Assembly: GCA_000002445.1 (NCBI GenBank)
Contig: CM000207.1
Coordinates: forward strand, 160,001-224,000
DNA: 64,000 nucleotides
DNA from: Trypanosoma brucei
Taxonomy: Eukaryota
Direction of reading: 5' to 3'
Both the position numbers and the translations under genes were made by a program. The notes beneath the pieces were generated by a model. The model was not told the origin of the DNA and did no database searches. It worked only from the letters and a program-made list of their open reading frames with translations. Positions 26,829-39,519 of the stretch are shown here, one piece after another (position 1 is the first letter of the stretch; the number at the start of each line of letters is the position of its first letter).

Positions 26829-27881
26829 TTGTTATGGGGATTAATGTACTTTTGTCTCTATACAGCTTGTTTGGTGAGGGTGACCCTATTTCATTTGAAA
26901 TTACTGAAGATGAGTATAAGATTTGTTTCGCAGGATGTGAGGAGGATATGGGAAATTGAAGATTATTTGGTTGTGGCTGGAATACCTTCAATAGATAATG
27001 ACGAAAGATTTAGAAGGAAAAACTTGCAGAGACAAACGTGTTGGAGTTATCCTGAAGTTGCGAGGAAGTCAAATAATTTTACTGGAAAATTGCTTATAAT
27101 TTATGCACTTTCCGCACATACAAATAACAATTGTGAGCTAAAAGAAATTGTTGAAGAGGAGGCAGAGTTAAATCAGGATGTTATTATTTTACCTGTTTGT
27201 GATGTAAATCCAACAACAAGTAAGAAAGTTGGAGAGGCGGGTAATTGGGGATGGGAACCGGAGATCACGATGAGTAGAAAAACATATTTGTGGTTCAAGT
27301 TCGCAGTTGAAATATTTAAACCAACTAATCCCTATATAATGAAAGCAGATGATGACATATTTATGAGGGTGCCATTGTATCTGAAATATCTGTATGGGCT
27401 TCCAAGAGAGAAATTGAATGTGGCAAGAGCGGTTGGTGAACTTGACGAGTCTATTGCTAAACTGACGTGGTATGTTGTTGGCTACGCAAATACAATTTCG
27501 AGAGGTGTCGTCAAAGAAATAGTTGGCTTTTCGCAAATTTCCAAACTATTAACCAGCAGAATCAGCTTTAGAAACTTTGACAAATATATTGAATATGCTG
27601 CCTTGAATGAGGATATTATGGTGGGGGAGGTGATAAGGCACAAAATGAAACTTGAAGGTTTGCTGACAGTGGGTATGCAGGATTGTCATTATGTGATGCA
27701 TGTGAAAAGACCACTAGATAGATTTGTAAAAGAAAATCCTAAACTTATTGTTTTTCACCACATTGCAGAGGAGGAATATAAGTGGCTAATGACGAATCCA
27801 CAAACAACGATTGAACGAAATGCAGAGCCGCTATTGAGGACGCAGCAAATAGTTCCATTCTGGCATGAAGCTAGCTGTTAA
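26829..27881 (+). CDS. putative UDP-sugar-dependent glycosyltransferase (trypanosome GT67-like), type II membrane topology
   Basis: 350-aa intact ORF. It has an N-terminal hydrophobic anchor (LMYFCLYTACLVRVTLF), a DxD-type motif (KADDDIF) and a GWEPE region typical of the kinetoplastid beta-1,3-GlcNAc/Gal transferase family. A polypyrimidine tract (ttccttcttttctttttaatggtttct, about 26700-26730) lies upstream. Confidence 0.6.
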   Translation: MLWGLMYFCLYTACLVRVTLFHLKLLKMSIRFVSQDVRRIWEIEDYLVVAGIPSIDNDERFRRKNLQRQTCWSYPEVARKSNNFTGKLLIIYALSAHTNNNCELKEIVEEEAELNQDVIILPVCDVNPTTSKKVGEAGNWGWEPEITMSRKTYLWFKFAVEIFKPTNPYIMKADDDIFMRVPLYLKYLYGLPREKLNVARAVGELDESIAKLTWYVVGYANTISRGVVKEIVGFSQISKLLTSRISFRNFDKYIEYAALNEDIMVGEVIRHKMKLEGLLTVGMQDCHYVMHVKRPLDRFVKENPKLIVFHHIAEEEYKWLMTNPQTTIERNAEPLLRTQQIVPFWHEASC

Positions 27882-28039
27882 CTTATAAATCCGAACAACA
27901 ACCCCGCAAAAAAATCAAAAGTCGACACAAAACAACTCGACTGCTATAAGTTCCCAACCAGTTTCTTAATTATTGGCAGCGAAGTTCAAGTAACTGAACA
28001 TCTTGACCACGAAAATAAAAGCAACTTAACACAGTAAAA

Positions 28040-29623
28040 ATGGGGGCATTAACAAAGGTATTGACACTTGTAGTTTTTGTTCTAGCTCAACGCATCAGTG
28101 GGTTGGATATGACGGACGGCGGCAACCGCCAAGAACACGCCGCCTTGTGCAGTTTTTTCGCAATGGCGGGGCGAAAACTCGATATTCCGATGATAGATCC
28201 GCTAGCCGAAGATGACTACAAATACATCCAAGAGCTGAACTTCACATTTGCGCCAGAAACATGGCAGAGCAAATTTTACAAAGAAGCAGACCGTACAACC
28301 GTCCACGGCGATGCTAACGCAGCTTCCCTTTAAAACGTCGGAGAGGAGCGCCACTGGCCAGACTGGAAAGAAGCGGCGCAGGCCTTCAGAAAAGAAAGCA
28401 AGGAAAGCAGGGTAAAAGAACTACTTGAGCCGCCGTTAACTTCCACAGCAAGAGGGATAGCAGCAGTAGAGGTGGCGGCAATCGCAGCCTCAGCTTGGAC
28501 GATAAAGCAGGACTATCCTGCGCTAACGGCAGAGCAGAAAGCGTACGCGGCAACAAACCCGCCGCCAGATCTGGCAAAGGCTTTATTCGGCGGCGGCGCA
28601 ACAACAGCAGAAACAGTAACGGCGAACGACCCTTTCGGCAAAAGCGTAGGATCGACGGCAAGAGACCAAATATGCGACGTCGGACACGCAAACTCGGGTA
28701 TAAAATGTGCAACAGCAATGCTAGCTTGCGTTTGCGAGCCGCACAACGCCCAGGCAACAACGAACGGGGAATGCACTGAGAAAGCAAAACCGGTCGGCAA
28801 TTGGAACGGCGGAGTCTCTGGACCCAGCCAAGCGGACCTGCAGAAACTCGCCAAGTCGTGCGGAACGCCTCCTTCAACAAAACTAACAAGGACGGAAATC
28901 CGGTCGGCGATAACTCATCTCCGCAGCTTAATACATTTTGACACCAACGACGGTTATTTAGGGCATTATTCAGGCACGGGTTGCAATGGCAGCAAAGGTC
29001 ACGGAATATGCGTCAAATTCACGAACCTGATGACATCGGACAAAACACAATTCGAAACAAAAACCTGGGTGGCTAAGTTCGTGCAAGCCGCGGAAATTAT
29101 GGACAGCCTACAACAGACCGCAGCAAAAGCCGCCGCCGTCAACGCACAATTGAAGAATATGAAGGTGGAGGCAACCAAAGCAGTGAAACACAGCAGAGCA
29201 CTTGCAACGGCTTTAAGCCAGTCACACACAACACCAGTGCAAAATCAAAAAATAGACCTCAAAACCCAATGCGAGCAACACAAAGACAACAAAACTGCAT
29301 GCGAAAATGCTCAATGCGCGTGGAAAGGACAAAAGGATGATGACGGCCCATGCACTCCAAGCGAAGCACAAGTTGCAGAACAATCAACCTAAGCAGGGGC
29401 AGGAACAGGAGCTGCAGCAACAACAACTGTAAAATGCTCTGATTATGGCTCAAAAGACAAATGCGAAGAAGTCAACAAGGATGGCAAAAAGCATTGCGGC
29501 TGGAGAAGTGGGAAAGATAACGAGAATAAAAAGAACAAAGGCAAATGCCGTGATTCCGGTTTACTCATCAATAAGAAAATTTCTCTGATGGCTGCTTCTT
29601 TTGTGAAATTGGTGTGGTTTTAG
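28040..29623 (+). pseudogene. VSG: VSG (type-B N-terminal domain), full-length, interrupted only by two in-frame TAA stops (28331, 29390)
   Basis: Signal peptide MGALTKVLTLVVFVLAQRISG. NRQEHAALCSFFAMAG motif. C-terminal domain with CEQHKDNKTACENAQCAWKGQKDDDGPC and KCSDYGSKDKCEEVNKDGKKHCGWRSGKDNE. GPI signal SGLLINKKISLMAASFVKLVWF. All parts are in one reading frame. The two stops look like CAA-to-TAA type changes (AEQST*AGAGTG versus AEQTTQAGTGE in the VSG at 52549). Confidence 0.85.
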
Positions 29624-29683
29624 AAATTTAAGTATTTTTCTCAATTTTATGAAATTTATGAGATTTTACTCTTTGAGAGAATT

Positions 29684-29699
29684 TGCTAAATCTTAACAC
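29684..29699 (+). promoter_or_regulatory. VSG 3'UTR 16-mer-like element (variant tgctaaatcttaacac)
   Basis: Lies about 60 bp after the VSG stop and resembles the conserved TGATATATTTTAACAC 16-mer found after the other VSGs here. Confidence 0.35.
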
Positions 29700-29889
29700 T
29701 TTGGTAAAACTTCTTCAAAATTTGCAAGTTTCTAAAAAACTAGAAAATGTAAAACTTTAATAAACGTGCATCATAGCGTCCTATGTATGTAAAGCAGTAT
29801 GGTGATACAGAACGAAAAATAAGTGTCATTATAATTTTGTTAATTTGGTTTATTGTGTTTAATTTATGGATATTGGTTAGGTTTATAGA

Positions 29890-29970
29890 AATATAGTAAT
29901 ATAGTATTAGAAATAATAATTTTAAGCATAGGATAGTGTTGTGAGTGTATATACTAATATTATAGTCGAA
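29890..29970 (+). repeat. 70-bp repeat (short, degenerate)
   Basis: ATAATAAT... then GGATAGTGTTGTGAGTGTATATACTAATATTATAGTCG core. Confidence 0.7.
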
Positions 29971-31201
29971 GTGGTGAAGACGGAGTAGAAGGTTTATTAG
30001 TGGAACTTGAGACAATGGCATGGGTGTTATTTGTACAGGTGGGTGAGTGGGGGTGTGAGAGAATACGAGAAATTTTATTGACGGAGACCCGGAGAGACAA
30101 AGAAGAATGGAGATAGAACTTGAGATTTTTCGGATGCATAAAATGATTATGAGAATTATTATACAAAATGAAATTATTGAGGGTATGGTAACAGAGAAGC
30201 ATGATCTGTTTTTTCAGTTTAATGGAGTCCCTAGCTCACATACAGCAGCAACTAGAGGAAAGAAAAACAAAGGAAGAAACATGATAAAACCGTAGGATAA
30301 CGCCCAGTACAGCATAGAACAAAGAATTATCATACATCAAGATGAACATGAGTCGGTTACTCAAAGCATTTTACTGAAAATGAATAGATGCCACCGCTAA
30401 GATGGTAGTGGATGTGGATTTCATCCTGATAGTGAATCCAAAATACGAGAATGAAGTTTAGCAGACGCTGCTCATTCAAAAAATAACTGCAGGTGTTAGA
30501 GGAAGCAAAAAGGGTTTAAAACAAAATTTTTATAAATAAAGACAAAACTGAATATATTTTAATAGAAATTTGTAGTTTGGAGTTTATGTTACAAAGAAAG
30601 CTGTTTCTTGTCGCCAATTGTTTATACACCAAAAGGATCTCTCATACAACAAGCAGTCCACCAGCATCCTTACAAACAAAAAAGACAATATATACCCAAA
30701 CAGAATTGAAAAAGTGACGTAAACTGTGTGGCACAAGAAATTAAAAGTTTAGCTTCGGTTATTGCCAATAAACCTCAAAGTAACAGCGCAAGATCAATAA
30801 AATTAACTGGAAAGCAACTGCACTTTAGTTAGTGGTTGGTTTTAAAAAACGGATAAATCAGCTGCTAAACTTGTACTACGCGCCAGAGCGACTGAGGAAG
30901 ATGTTCCCGCAACGTTGTAAGCTAGGAAGCTAAGAAGCTGAGGGAAATTTAACAAAGAGAGGGCTGCGACGAATAAAAGGAGGAAAACAAATGAATAAAG
31001 ATGTTGCATTTGGAGTAAAAATGCGAACCATATAATAGTTGAGAAACGAAGTAAAAATACTAACTATCCACTCCCTCTGGCAGGGATTTGCGACCAACCT
31101 TCAACCCTACACTGACAACTATAGAGATAAAGTAGCAAAGGCACCAAGCGCCGGGCACAACCGTCAGCAGGCAATAAGACGGGTTCGTAAGCAAGAACAC
31201 C

Positions 31202-32816
31202 ATGACACCGGCGCAGCTGACCCTTTTCTTTCTGCTAGCTGGAGGCGGGTTGCAATCGACGGAAGCGACAGCTCTCGGCGACAACGAAAACACGCCGTAT
31301 TTCAACACACTTTGCAGCATCATCAAAGTAGCAACAACGCCATTGCCAGAGCTCGAAGCCACAGAAGACGTAGCAGAAATCGCAGCACTGGCGCAACTCG
31401 TCAACCTTACGGCAGTAAACCCGGAGGCACTGAAACAAATAGCCGACAAAGCAAAAGCGAAGGACAAAATCAAAGAGGAAGGAACGCCAGCGAACACCTA
31501 CTGCAAAGAAGGCAAAACGACCGTCTGCGAAAAGTTAGCGGAGTTACTTGCAAGCAGTAACGGAGCCAACCTCGAAGCAATAATAAACCAACGACTGTCA
31601 CAGGCGACGCCCGGGCAGCATCTGCTGGAACTCAGCGCAGCGATATCAGCTAAAGTTGCCGAGGCTCAACGACAAGATCCATCGGCCCAAATGAACCTCG
31701 CACGACAAGCACTAAACAACGCACTAGAAGGCAAAGACTCAGGGGACGCGACCGCTGCGGAGCTAACAACGGCAGGCAACCGAGAAGACCAGTGTGGGAA
31801 GCCGCAATCCGGCAGCGAAGCAGCAGGCACGACGGCCGGGGCTTCGCTCGCAAAAGACAGTCTTTGCATGTGTGCTACGACGTCAACAGCCAACAGCCAA
31901 ACCGCATGCGGAACAGACATTCAAGCGAACGGCGCCGCCCAGCTAACCTGGGGAACCGCGTCGACTCAGCACAAACAGTGGGAAAATCTGAAGAACCACT
32001 GTAAGCAAACAACAGGACAGACAAAGCTATCGCCAAACAGGCTACGGACAGCCGCTGAAACTTATCTAGCCGCCCTAACCATCGGGGCGCTTACAACAAA
32101 GGCGATACCAGGCACGATAGGCTACACCGAAAATTCGCCAACGGTCTGCAACGGCGAGAAAGGGAGCACGAACGGCGCCTGCGTTTTCTACGGCAAAGCC
32201 CAAGGCAGGGCCCTCGAAAACAAAATACTATGGAGGCAGAAACTACTCTCAGCAGCAGGGCACATCGAGGCCGCAATAAAAACGAAGCAGACCCAGCTTC
32301 ACATAATTAGCCAGATAAAAGCATTAAACGTCACCCTAACAGCACTCACAATAGCGCCACAAGCAGCCCACAATACGGCAGCCACAGGGGCTAGCGCATC
32401 CACAGAATCCCGAAAGGAAAAAACAATGGAGGAAAAGAAGAAAGAATACGAGCAACACAAAGACAACAAAACCTACTGCGAAAATGCAGGAAAATGCAAA
32501 TGGGAAGGCAAAACTGACGCAGATGGCCTCTGCGTAGTAGACGAAAGTAAAGTTAAAACCCAGAAAAATGCAGCACCAGGAACAGGAGATGGAGCTACAG
32601 GGGCAGCAGCTGAAACTTGATGCGCACAGCATTTCAACGACAAAGAAAAATGTGAGAAAATGAATGAAGGGAAAATCAACCCCCGTTTGTGGCTGGAGAA
32701 AAGGTAAAGATAATGAAGATGACAAGGGTACAGAGAAGTGTCGAAATGGTAGTTTTCTATTCAATAAGAAATTGGCTCTGATGGCTGTTGATTTTGTGAG
32801 TTCATTGGCATTCTAG
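31202..32816 (+). pseudogene. VSG: VSG (type-A-like N-terminal domain), 472-aa ORF, then an in-frame stop and a C-terminal frameshift
   Basis: Signal peptide MTPAQLTLFFLLAGGGLQSTEA. C-terminal domain YCENAGKCKWEGKTDADGLCVVDE. After a TGA at 32618 the C-terminus (KCEKMNEGKSTPVCGWRKGKDNEDDKGTEKCRNGSFLFNKKLALMAVDFVSSLAF) continues with a +1 shift near 32660. Confidence 0.85.
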
Positions 32817-33039
32817 AATTTTAGTATCCTAAGAATATTTGCCCAATTTTATGAAATTCGCTATAATTTCACTCTCTCTGAGGAAAGTGTGGAAATCTGT
32901 GAAATATGTGAAATTCAAAAAGTTGAGGATTTTAGTAAAATGTGCATGGCAACTGCATATGAGTGTAAAGCAGTGAAGCGATATGGTATGAAAAAATAGT
33001 GTTATTGTAATTTTGTATATTTTATGAATATTTATTATG

Positions 33040-33160
33040 TTTATAATAGTAATAGTAATAGTTATAGTAATAGTTAGAGTAATAATGATAATGATAATAA
33101 TAATAATAATGATAGTAGAATGCGGTGAGTGTGCATATACTAGTATTATAACAAGAGAAT
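33040..33160 (+). repeat. 70-bp repeat (TRR triplets plus GTGAGTGTGCATATACTAGTATTATAACAAGAG core)
   Basis: Direct read. Confidence 0.75.
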
Positions 33161-34470
33161 TAATTAAAACTAAAGTTGAGACCTTAAGAAAAGTACTTAA
33201 GCAATGGAAAAATTGCAATATGAGTTATAGGTAGCTAGAGGGAGAAAGAGGAATATTAGTAAAGGAGATACAGAAAGGAAGAGAAATGGAAAGAAATTAG
33301 ATATGCGCAGTTATAAACGCAGTTATGACAACCTTTATCATTGTGCGCGAGGAGAAAAAACAATTATGGAAAACAAAACGTCCTTTTCCTAGCTAAATGG
33401 TGTTTTTACGTTATTAGTAGCACTAGTAATGGACAAAAAAGAGGGAGAAAATAAAGAGTCGAACAAATGGACACAAAACATTACAACAGCATAACACAGA
33501 GAAAATAATACATTAGAAGGATGAGGAGGAGAGACAATGATTCCAAGTCTTTAATTTGAAAATGTATAGATACTACTGTATAGATGATGGGATAGAGAGT
33601 TGTGTTTAGTCTAATTGTAGGTATTAATAACCAGATATAAAGAAAGGCAACAAAAAGGCCAACAGTAAGAGGGGATTGGATAAGTATGAGGCAATACCGA
33701 ACGCTTTTAATTAGATATTATAACAATGGATAATATTTTTGGAAACAATATGATATTATCGGATGTAACTTTTGAAGCAATGACGACTATTGGATTGTTC
33801 CTTATGACAAAAGAGTAGCACAAATAAGAAAGATACTAAAAATAACGAATGTAGGAAACTTCAGAAGATCTCTATGAATCAAAAAAGTCAGTAATGATAT
33901 ACCACCAATTTCATACTGGTATACTGCTGAAAATATGACGGTATTGAAAGAGAGCAGAATTTATATGAATTTTATTGCTGATTCGGCTTTAACGCGGCAA
34001 GCAAAGGAAGTTTAGAGATGAGGACGTTGCGAATTAAAGAAGAATTGCGACATACAAACAGAAGGAAGTATAGAATATTCTAGAATTCGAAAGAGAAACT
34101 GCTAAGGACCATTCTTTGTCAAAATGAAACAGTATATTGTTGTAACATCGGTGTAACGGAAGATAGTCGCTGCAAAGTTCCAATGTTTAACAAGTTTAAA
34201 AAATTTATGTTTTAGATCCATAGAGGTGTTCAACATATTATAGAAGTAGCAAATGCGGTTGATGTGGAAAAGATAAGAGTTTTATAGCTTAACGATAAAA
34301 GGCTTTTAAAATTTACAAGCGAGTATAATATATAAATTAAAGTATTAAGGGAAGGTCCTCATAAAACAGGTGTTTGTGCTCATATCTCGGCTTATATGTT
34401 CATCACTAAACAACCTCAGGCACCAAAGGTACAAAAGGCCATGATACTACTGACTAGAGGACAGTAACTA

Positions 34471-35977
34471 GTGATGATTACACTTGCGGTGCTCATGAAA
34501 GTAACACAGACCACTTTATGCAACAGTGCCGGGGACGACAACGCAGTAGAATCCCGCTCTCTCTGCAACATTGCGAACTTAGAAAGGGCCGGCATCAATA
34601 CAACGCCAGTCAAAAAGGCTTCGGTACCCACCTCCGTATACATCGGCGCGCTAAACCTCAGCATCTCGCCAAAAACATTCGTAGAAGCCATAGACACAAC
34701 AAAGGAATGGGAAGGGCTAACAGAAGACCAGCACAAGACACTGGACAACAAGGCATCAATCTGGCCTTTCTACAAAGCAGCAAAACAAGAGTTACAAAAG
34801 TCTCAAGAAACAATAGAGAAATGGACGGCAGGAAAGCACTCAGGCAAAACAGCGGAGCACATTAGGCAAGCGGCCGAACGAGCGCTCGAAGCTTTCAACA
34901 CAGCGAGTAACCCACCCAAGTCGTCAGCTCAGGATGCAGCCACACTAGCAGCCGAAGCACTATATGGGGCCGGCAACACGGAAACCAAAACAAAGATGAT
35001 AGGCCACTCGACTAGGGCAGAAGCGTGCTCAGAAAGGGCGGGGGAGCAAACAACAAAGCAGGAAACTCGATAGCGACAGACTTGCTTTGCCTATGCGCCG
35101 GCAGGGACGACCTAGACCCAGCACAAAAAAAGCATGCGGCGACGGCCTAGAAAGCACCGTGACGAACGACGACTGGAGCCCGAACACAAACGACAAAACT
35201 GTTGCGGACAAACTACTAAACAAATGCAAAGAATTTGGCAGCCCAGGAAAACTCAATTCACTGGATGTTCAAATAGCCTGAGGCAACTTCAGACAATTAA
35301 TAAACAGGAAAAAAGGAGGAAACGCGCAACAGCAGCATATACTCTGGATGGTCGGCGGCAGCGGTAGCCCCTGGGGTGGATACAGAGGAAACAAGGACGC
35401 TAACAACGGCCGGTGTGTCCAGTAGAAAGATGCCCATTTCACAGATTCCTAGCCAACCATACCTTGGCTGATCAAATTGCACCAAGCGGCAGCCGTGGCG
35501 GCCAAAAGCAAGCAGCAAGCAGAGAAAAACGAAGCAGCATCTAAGGAACTTCAGCTATTAAACGACACGATCACGGCTGCACTCTCAGCCGGCTATTTGA
35601 CTGCAACAGACTCAAGTTCATCAACAGCGGTAGCAGTACAAGCTAATTGCAAGAAGCACACGGCAAACGCGACCTGCACAGCAGACAATAACTGCAAATG
35701 GGGGGGAGAAGGTGAAACCGAATGGGGGTGTGAACCCAAAGAGTGGGAGGTGCAAGAAATTCCAAGGAAAAGGAAAGCAAGCAGCGGGATAAAAAACTGT
35801 AAACTGTGGCCAATATATTGACAAAACTAAATGCGAGGAAGAAAACAAGGGAAAAACAACTCCCGTTTGCGGATGGAGAAAAGACAAAGATGGCGAACCG
35901 GAGCCAGAGAAGGAGAAATGATGCTCTTTTAGTTTTCTTGATAATAAGCAAACTGCTTTGATTCCTGAGTTCTTGTG
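34471..35977 (+). pseudogene. VSG: VSG pseudogene with multiple frameshifts
   Basis: A 200-aa N-terminal ORF is followed by pieces in other frames. These include TDLLCLCAGRDDLDPAQKKHAATA (the type-B LCLC motif), NATCTADNNCKWGGEGETEWGCEPKEW and KCEEENKGKTTPVCGWRKDKDGEPEPEKE, plus a truncated GPI signal SFLDNKQTALIPEFL. Confidence 0.8.
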
Positions 35978-36082
35978 AGCTTCTTATTTTAAGTATTTTG
36001 AAAGTTCTAAATATTTTTGCTTAATTTTATGAAAATTATAAAAATTGGCTTTTAAACATAATTTACTGAAATTTTTAAAATT

Positions 36083-36098
36083 TGATATATGTTTACAC
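36083..36098 (+). promoter_or_regulatory. VSG 3'UTR 16-mer (tgatatatgtttacac)
   Basis: About 100 bp downstream of the VSG end. One mismatch to TGATATATTTTAACAC. Confidence 0.55.
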
Positions 36099-36264
36099 TT
36101 TTTGATGAAAATGTAAATATTGTTGAAAAACTCGAAAATATAAAACTTCTACTAAAATTTGTATAATAGTGGACTACGGATGTAAAGTAGTATAGTGATA
36201 GGGTATTAAAAAATGAGTGCTATTTTCATTTTGTTAATTTTATTGATACTCGTTGTGTGTATCA

Positions 36265-36330
36265 TAGTAAGGATAATGACAACGATAGGAGTGTGTTGTG
36301 AGTGTGTATATACGAATATTATAATAAACG
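36265..36330 (+). repeat. 70-bp repeat (one unit, core GGAGTGTGTTGTGAGTGTGTATATACGAATATTATAATAAACG)
   Basis: Direct read. Confidence 0.75.
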
Positions 36331-37778
36331 CAGTGTTGAAGACTTAATTGGGTGTAAAATTAGAAGCACTTAATCTGATGTTAAGAATGAAAAGGGAGTT
36401 GTTGAGCGAGAGGACACAAGGAGGATTATTATTAAACGAAGCACAGAAAAACAAAGAATGAAAGAAGAAAGTGTCGATAGAATATGCGCATTTTTAAATA
36501 CGACCGTGCCGATGAGCATCATTATACGCATGTAGATAATTAAGGGGAAAGTAACTGGACAAAGTCCATTGTACGGTCAAAATAAATTTGGTACGTTATC
36601 CGGAGTGATGAAATAAGAAAATAAAAAATATCTAGAGTGAAAAAACGATATGTACAATAGTGAAGAAAAATAATGTATTTTTAGGATTATGATGCTCAGT
36701 ATTTCAATCAAAAAAGTATAGACGCAACAAAAGAAATGGTATATGCTGTACCTTTTAATGTAATGGCGTATCTTAATATCCATTTGTGAAGATGTAAAAA
36801 AGGGTGGAAGGGATTTAACATGTATGAACTAATGTCGAAAATTTTCTAATCAAATGTAGAAATCATGGCCAATATGTCTTGAAAACAATATATCATTATA
36901 TGGAGAAAGAATTGCTAAATAAGACTAAAAATGGATTATCATGGACACAAATAAGGGATAAAACAAAAGAAACTACTTTTAACAGCAGATATATAAAAAC
37001 ACGGATGGTATCTATGAAGTGGAGAGGATTAATGGTAATACTCCTCAAATTCTGTATTTTTATGCTGGTAAGATATTAATAACGTGCAATGTGAGAGGAG
37101 TGCTACTTATAAAAGTGGTTTTCAGCTGGAAACTAACAAACCGTATTAAGAAAAAGAAGTGAGGAAGGCACTTTCTGATCATAAATTTCAAGCCTTAAGT
37201 GCGATCGACTCAAACAGGCGGAAGATTATCATAACCAAAAGCAAAAGGTCAATCACCTACGTACCAAATACCACAGTTATCTAAATTCAGAGTCAAACTG
37301 AAGCCGACAGATTAGCAGAACATTGAAGGGACTGAGAAACATAAATATTGAGTTTTCTTATGCGGCAAAGCATGCACTGTTTAAAAAAATCGCACAAAAG
37401 GGGCCGCAGTTGAGCAGAATGGAAGCACAAAAATAGACGCAGCCTGATTTAGATCGAAATAAAAAATGCAGTGTTGTCTAAAAACAAAATTTAAGTTTAA
37501 ATTTATGTCATAGTGTACATGGGATTCTATGGTGAAACTAACTTTTTAGAAAGTCAAACAGTATGAAAGCAAATCATTTAGAGTGATAATTTTTATAGTG
37601 CAATTAGTCTGATACTTATTTCTATTTATACAGTATTAAAGAAAGGCCACCGTCAGTTACTCGCAGACACGCCGGGTTTACGTCACCTTTAAATACCAGT
37701 TAAACAAAGCTAACGTGAGAGAACGCTAACGCTATAGCTACCAAGGCCATCGAACCAGAGGCAACCGCAAAAAGCACA

Positions 37779-39260
37779 ATGAAGAGAAACAAAGAGCTCA
37801 TGTTACTTCTAGTAGCGTTAGCACTTTGCTGCGTAACCAGCAATGCTTCTCACGACGACAGCAATACATTTGCCTTCAACAGCGACACCTGGTGCGCGGA
37901 AGCAAAATATCTGCGCAATACGCTAGCAGCCATAGATCTGGAGCGGCAAGAGAGGCTCAAAACGATCCAAGCCAACGAGCGACGGCTGTGCAGCTGGCAG
38001 ATAGCATCTGCGGCTGAAGCTAACATAAACAAGCAGACAGCTTACACTGTTCTCTTAGCAATAGGCGCTGGTGTAAAACTAAAGGCAGCGAAAAACGCAC
38101 ACCAGCTAGAAAGAGCCGAGGAAAAAGCGAGTAAACTAAACCAAACCATACTAGAAAAACTGGCGACTATAGAAGGGAAAAAAGCAGCGCACCAAGCTGC
38201 AATAAAGCCGTCAGCAACTAACAGCGGTAACAGAGACGCCGTAGCACGTGCAATTAAACTGCTGAAACGAGCACAAGTTCAAAAAGTGTGTGCAGAAAAA
38301 TCAACAGCCAGAGATGGCGTGGTCGAAGTCCGCACACTGCTTAAAACAGCAACGCGCGTCAAGCTTTTTGACAAATTGGCAGCCGCCGCTTACATCAACA
38401 ACGGAGAAGTCGGGCTAACCACGATGAGCCGACAAACATGTGAGTCGCCGGCGGGCGGCGCTACATGCCAAACGACCAGCCGCAGCAAGACGTCATTTAC
38501 GCTCAAGTAAATACCTGGCCCAATCCCCGAGACAAGCGCCGCTAAAGTAGCAACACACGAACTAGCCGCATCCAGCAACAAAGAGCCCACTGAAAGCGAC
38601 GGTATATTCAAGGTATACCAACTAACAGGAAAACACCTAGAAAAAGTACTACATACACTGCGAAATCACCTAAGGAAGGAATCAACGGACTTAAAAAAAT
38701 TGACGCTCTCAGCCGTCACACAAAGCCCAGCCATACAGGAGATAGGACGAAACATCCTTATGGCAAACCCAGGCGGAGCCAAAATAGAGGCAGTGCCAAC
38801 AGCAGACAACCTGGACGCACTGCTAAAAAAGTATTTCGAAAAAGATGCAGCAACATACGACAAGAATTTTTTAACAGGCTTAGACGCCAAAGACATTAGC
38901 GTAAAACCGTCAGATACAACAGAAGCGAAACCAATAAGCTTTTTATGTCAGCCGGAAAACTTCGTAAAAGCAATTACTTATTTAAAAGGCCAAAGTCTCA
39001 AAAAGCAAGCAGTAAAAGAAGTGATTAAGATTTCTACAACATCGAAAGCGATCTGCAACGACAGAAAGAAAAATGATGGTACCAAAGAGAGTAAATGAGA
39101 ATGGGAAGGAACTGAAGACAAAGGAACTTGCAAACCTAAAAATGAAGAAGACGGAGTGAAAGCAGAGAATGATGGAAAAACAAACACAAACACCACAGGA
39201 AGCAATTCGTTTGTCATTAATACGGTTCCTTTTTTGTTTACACTTTTGCTTCTAGCTTAA
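37779..39260 (+). pseudogene. VSG: VSG (type-A N-terminal domain) pseudogene, frameshifted
   Basis: Signal peptide MKRNKELMLLLVALALCCVTSNA. A 243-aa ORF, then a continuation in another frame (38700-39098). The C-terminal tail TNTNTTGSNSFVINTVPFLFTLLLLA matches the classic ...NTTGSSNSFVISKTPLWLAVLLF ending. Confidence 0.85.
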
Positions 39261-39339
39261 CCCTTTTTGGAGTTTTGCTCAATTCTAGATAATTGATAAA
39301 TATTTCCTTTTTGAGAGAATTTGCTGTTTCGAGAAAATG

Positions 39340-39355
39340 TGATATATTTAAACAC
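39340..39355 (+). promoter_or_regulatory. VSG 3'UTR 16-mer (tgatatatttaaacac)
   Basis: About 80 bp after the VSG stop. Confidence 0.55.
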
Positions 39356-39519
39356 TTTTTAATGAAATGTGCAATTCTTTTATCTTTAAAAATTATCAAA
39401 ATACAAAATTTTGGTATGAAAGAAACCTATGGAAGAATAGAAGCAAATTGATAGGGCATAGAAAACGAGTACTATTCTAATTTAGCTAATTTTGTTTACT
39501 TTATGTTGATTGGCTGACT

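Noticed and set aside
28386-28889. Antisense and alternative-frame ORFs overlapping VSG genes (for example 28386-28889 -, 28495-28779 +, 31060-31497 -, 32336-32764 -, 58599-59027 -)
   Set aside because: They overlap well-supported VSG coding sequence on the other strand or frame. They are Arg/Leu/Cys-rich, as expected from reading GC-biased Ala/Thr/Lys codons out of frame.
31039-31560. 173-aa + strand ORF overlapping the VSG start at 31202
   Set aside because: It is in a different frame from the VSG. It is Arg/Ser/Gln-rich, a typical out-of-frame artefact.
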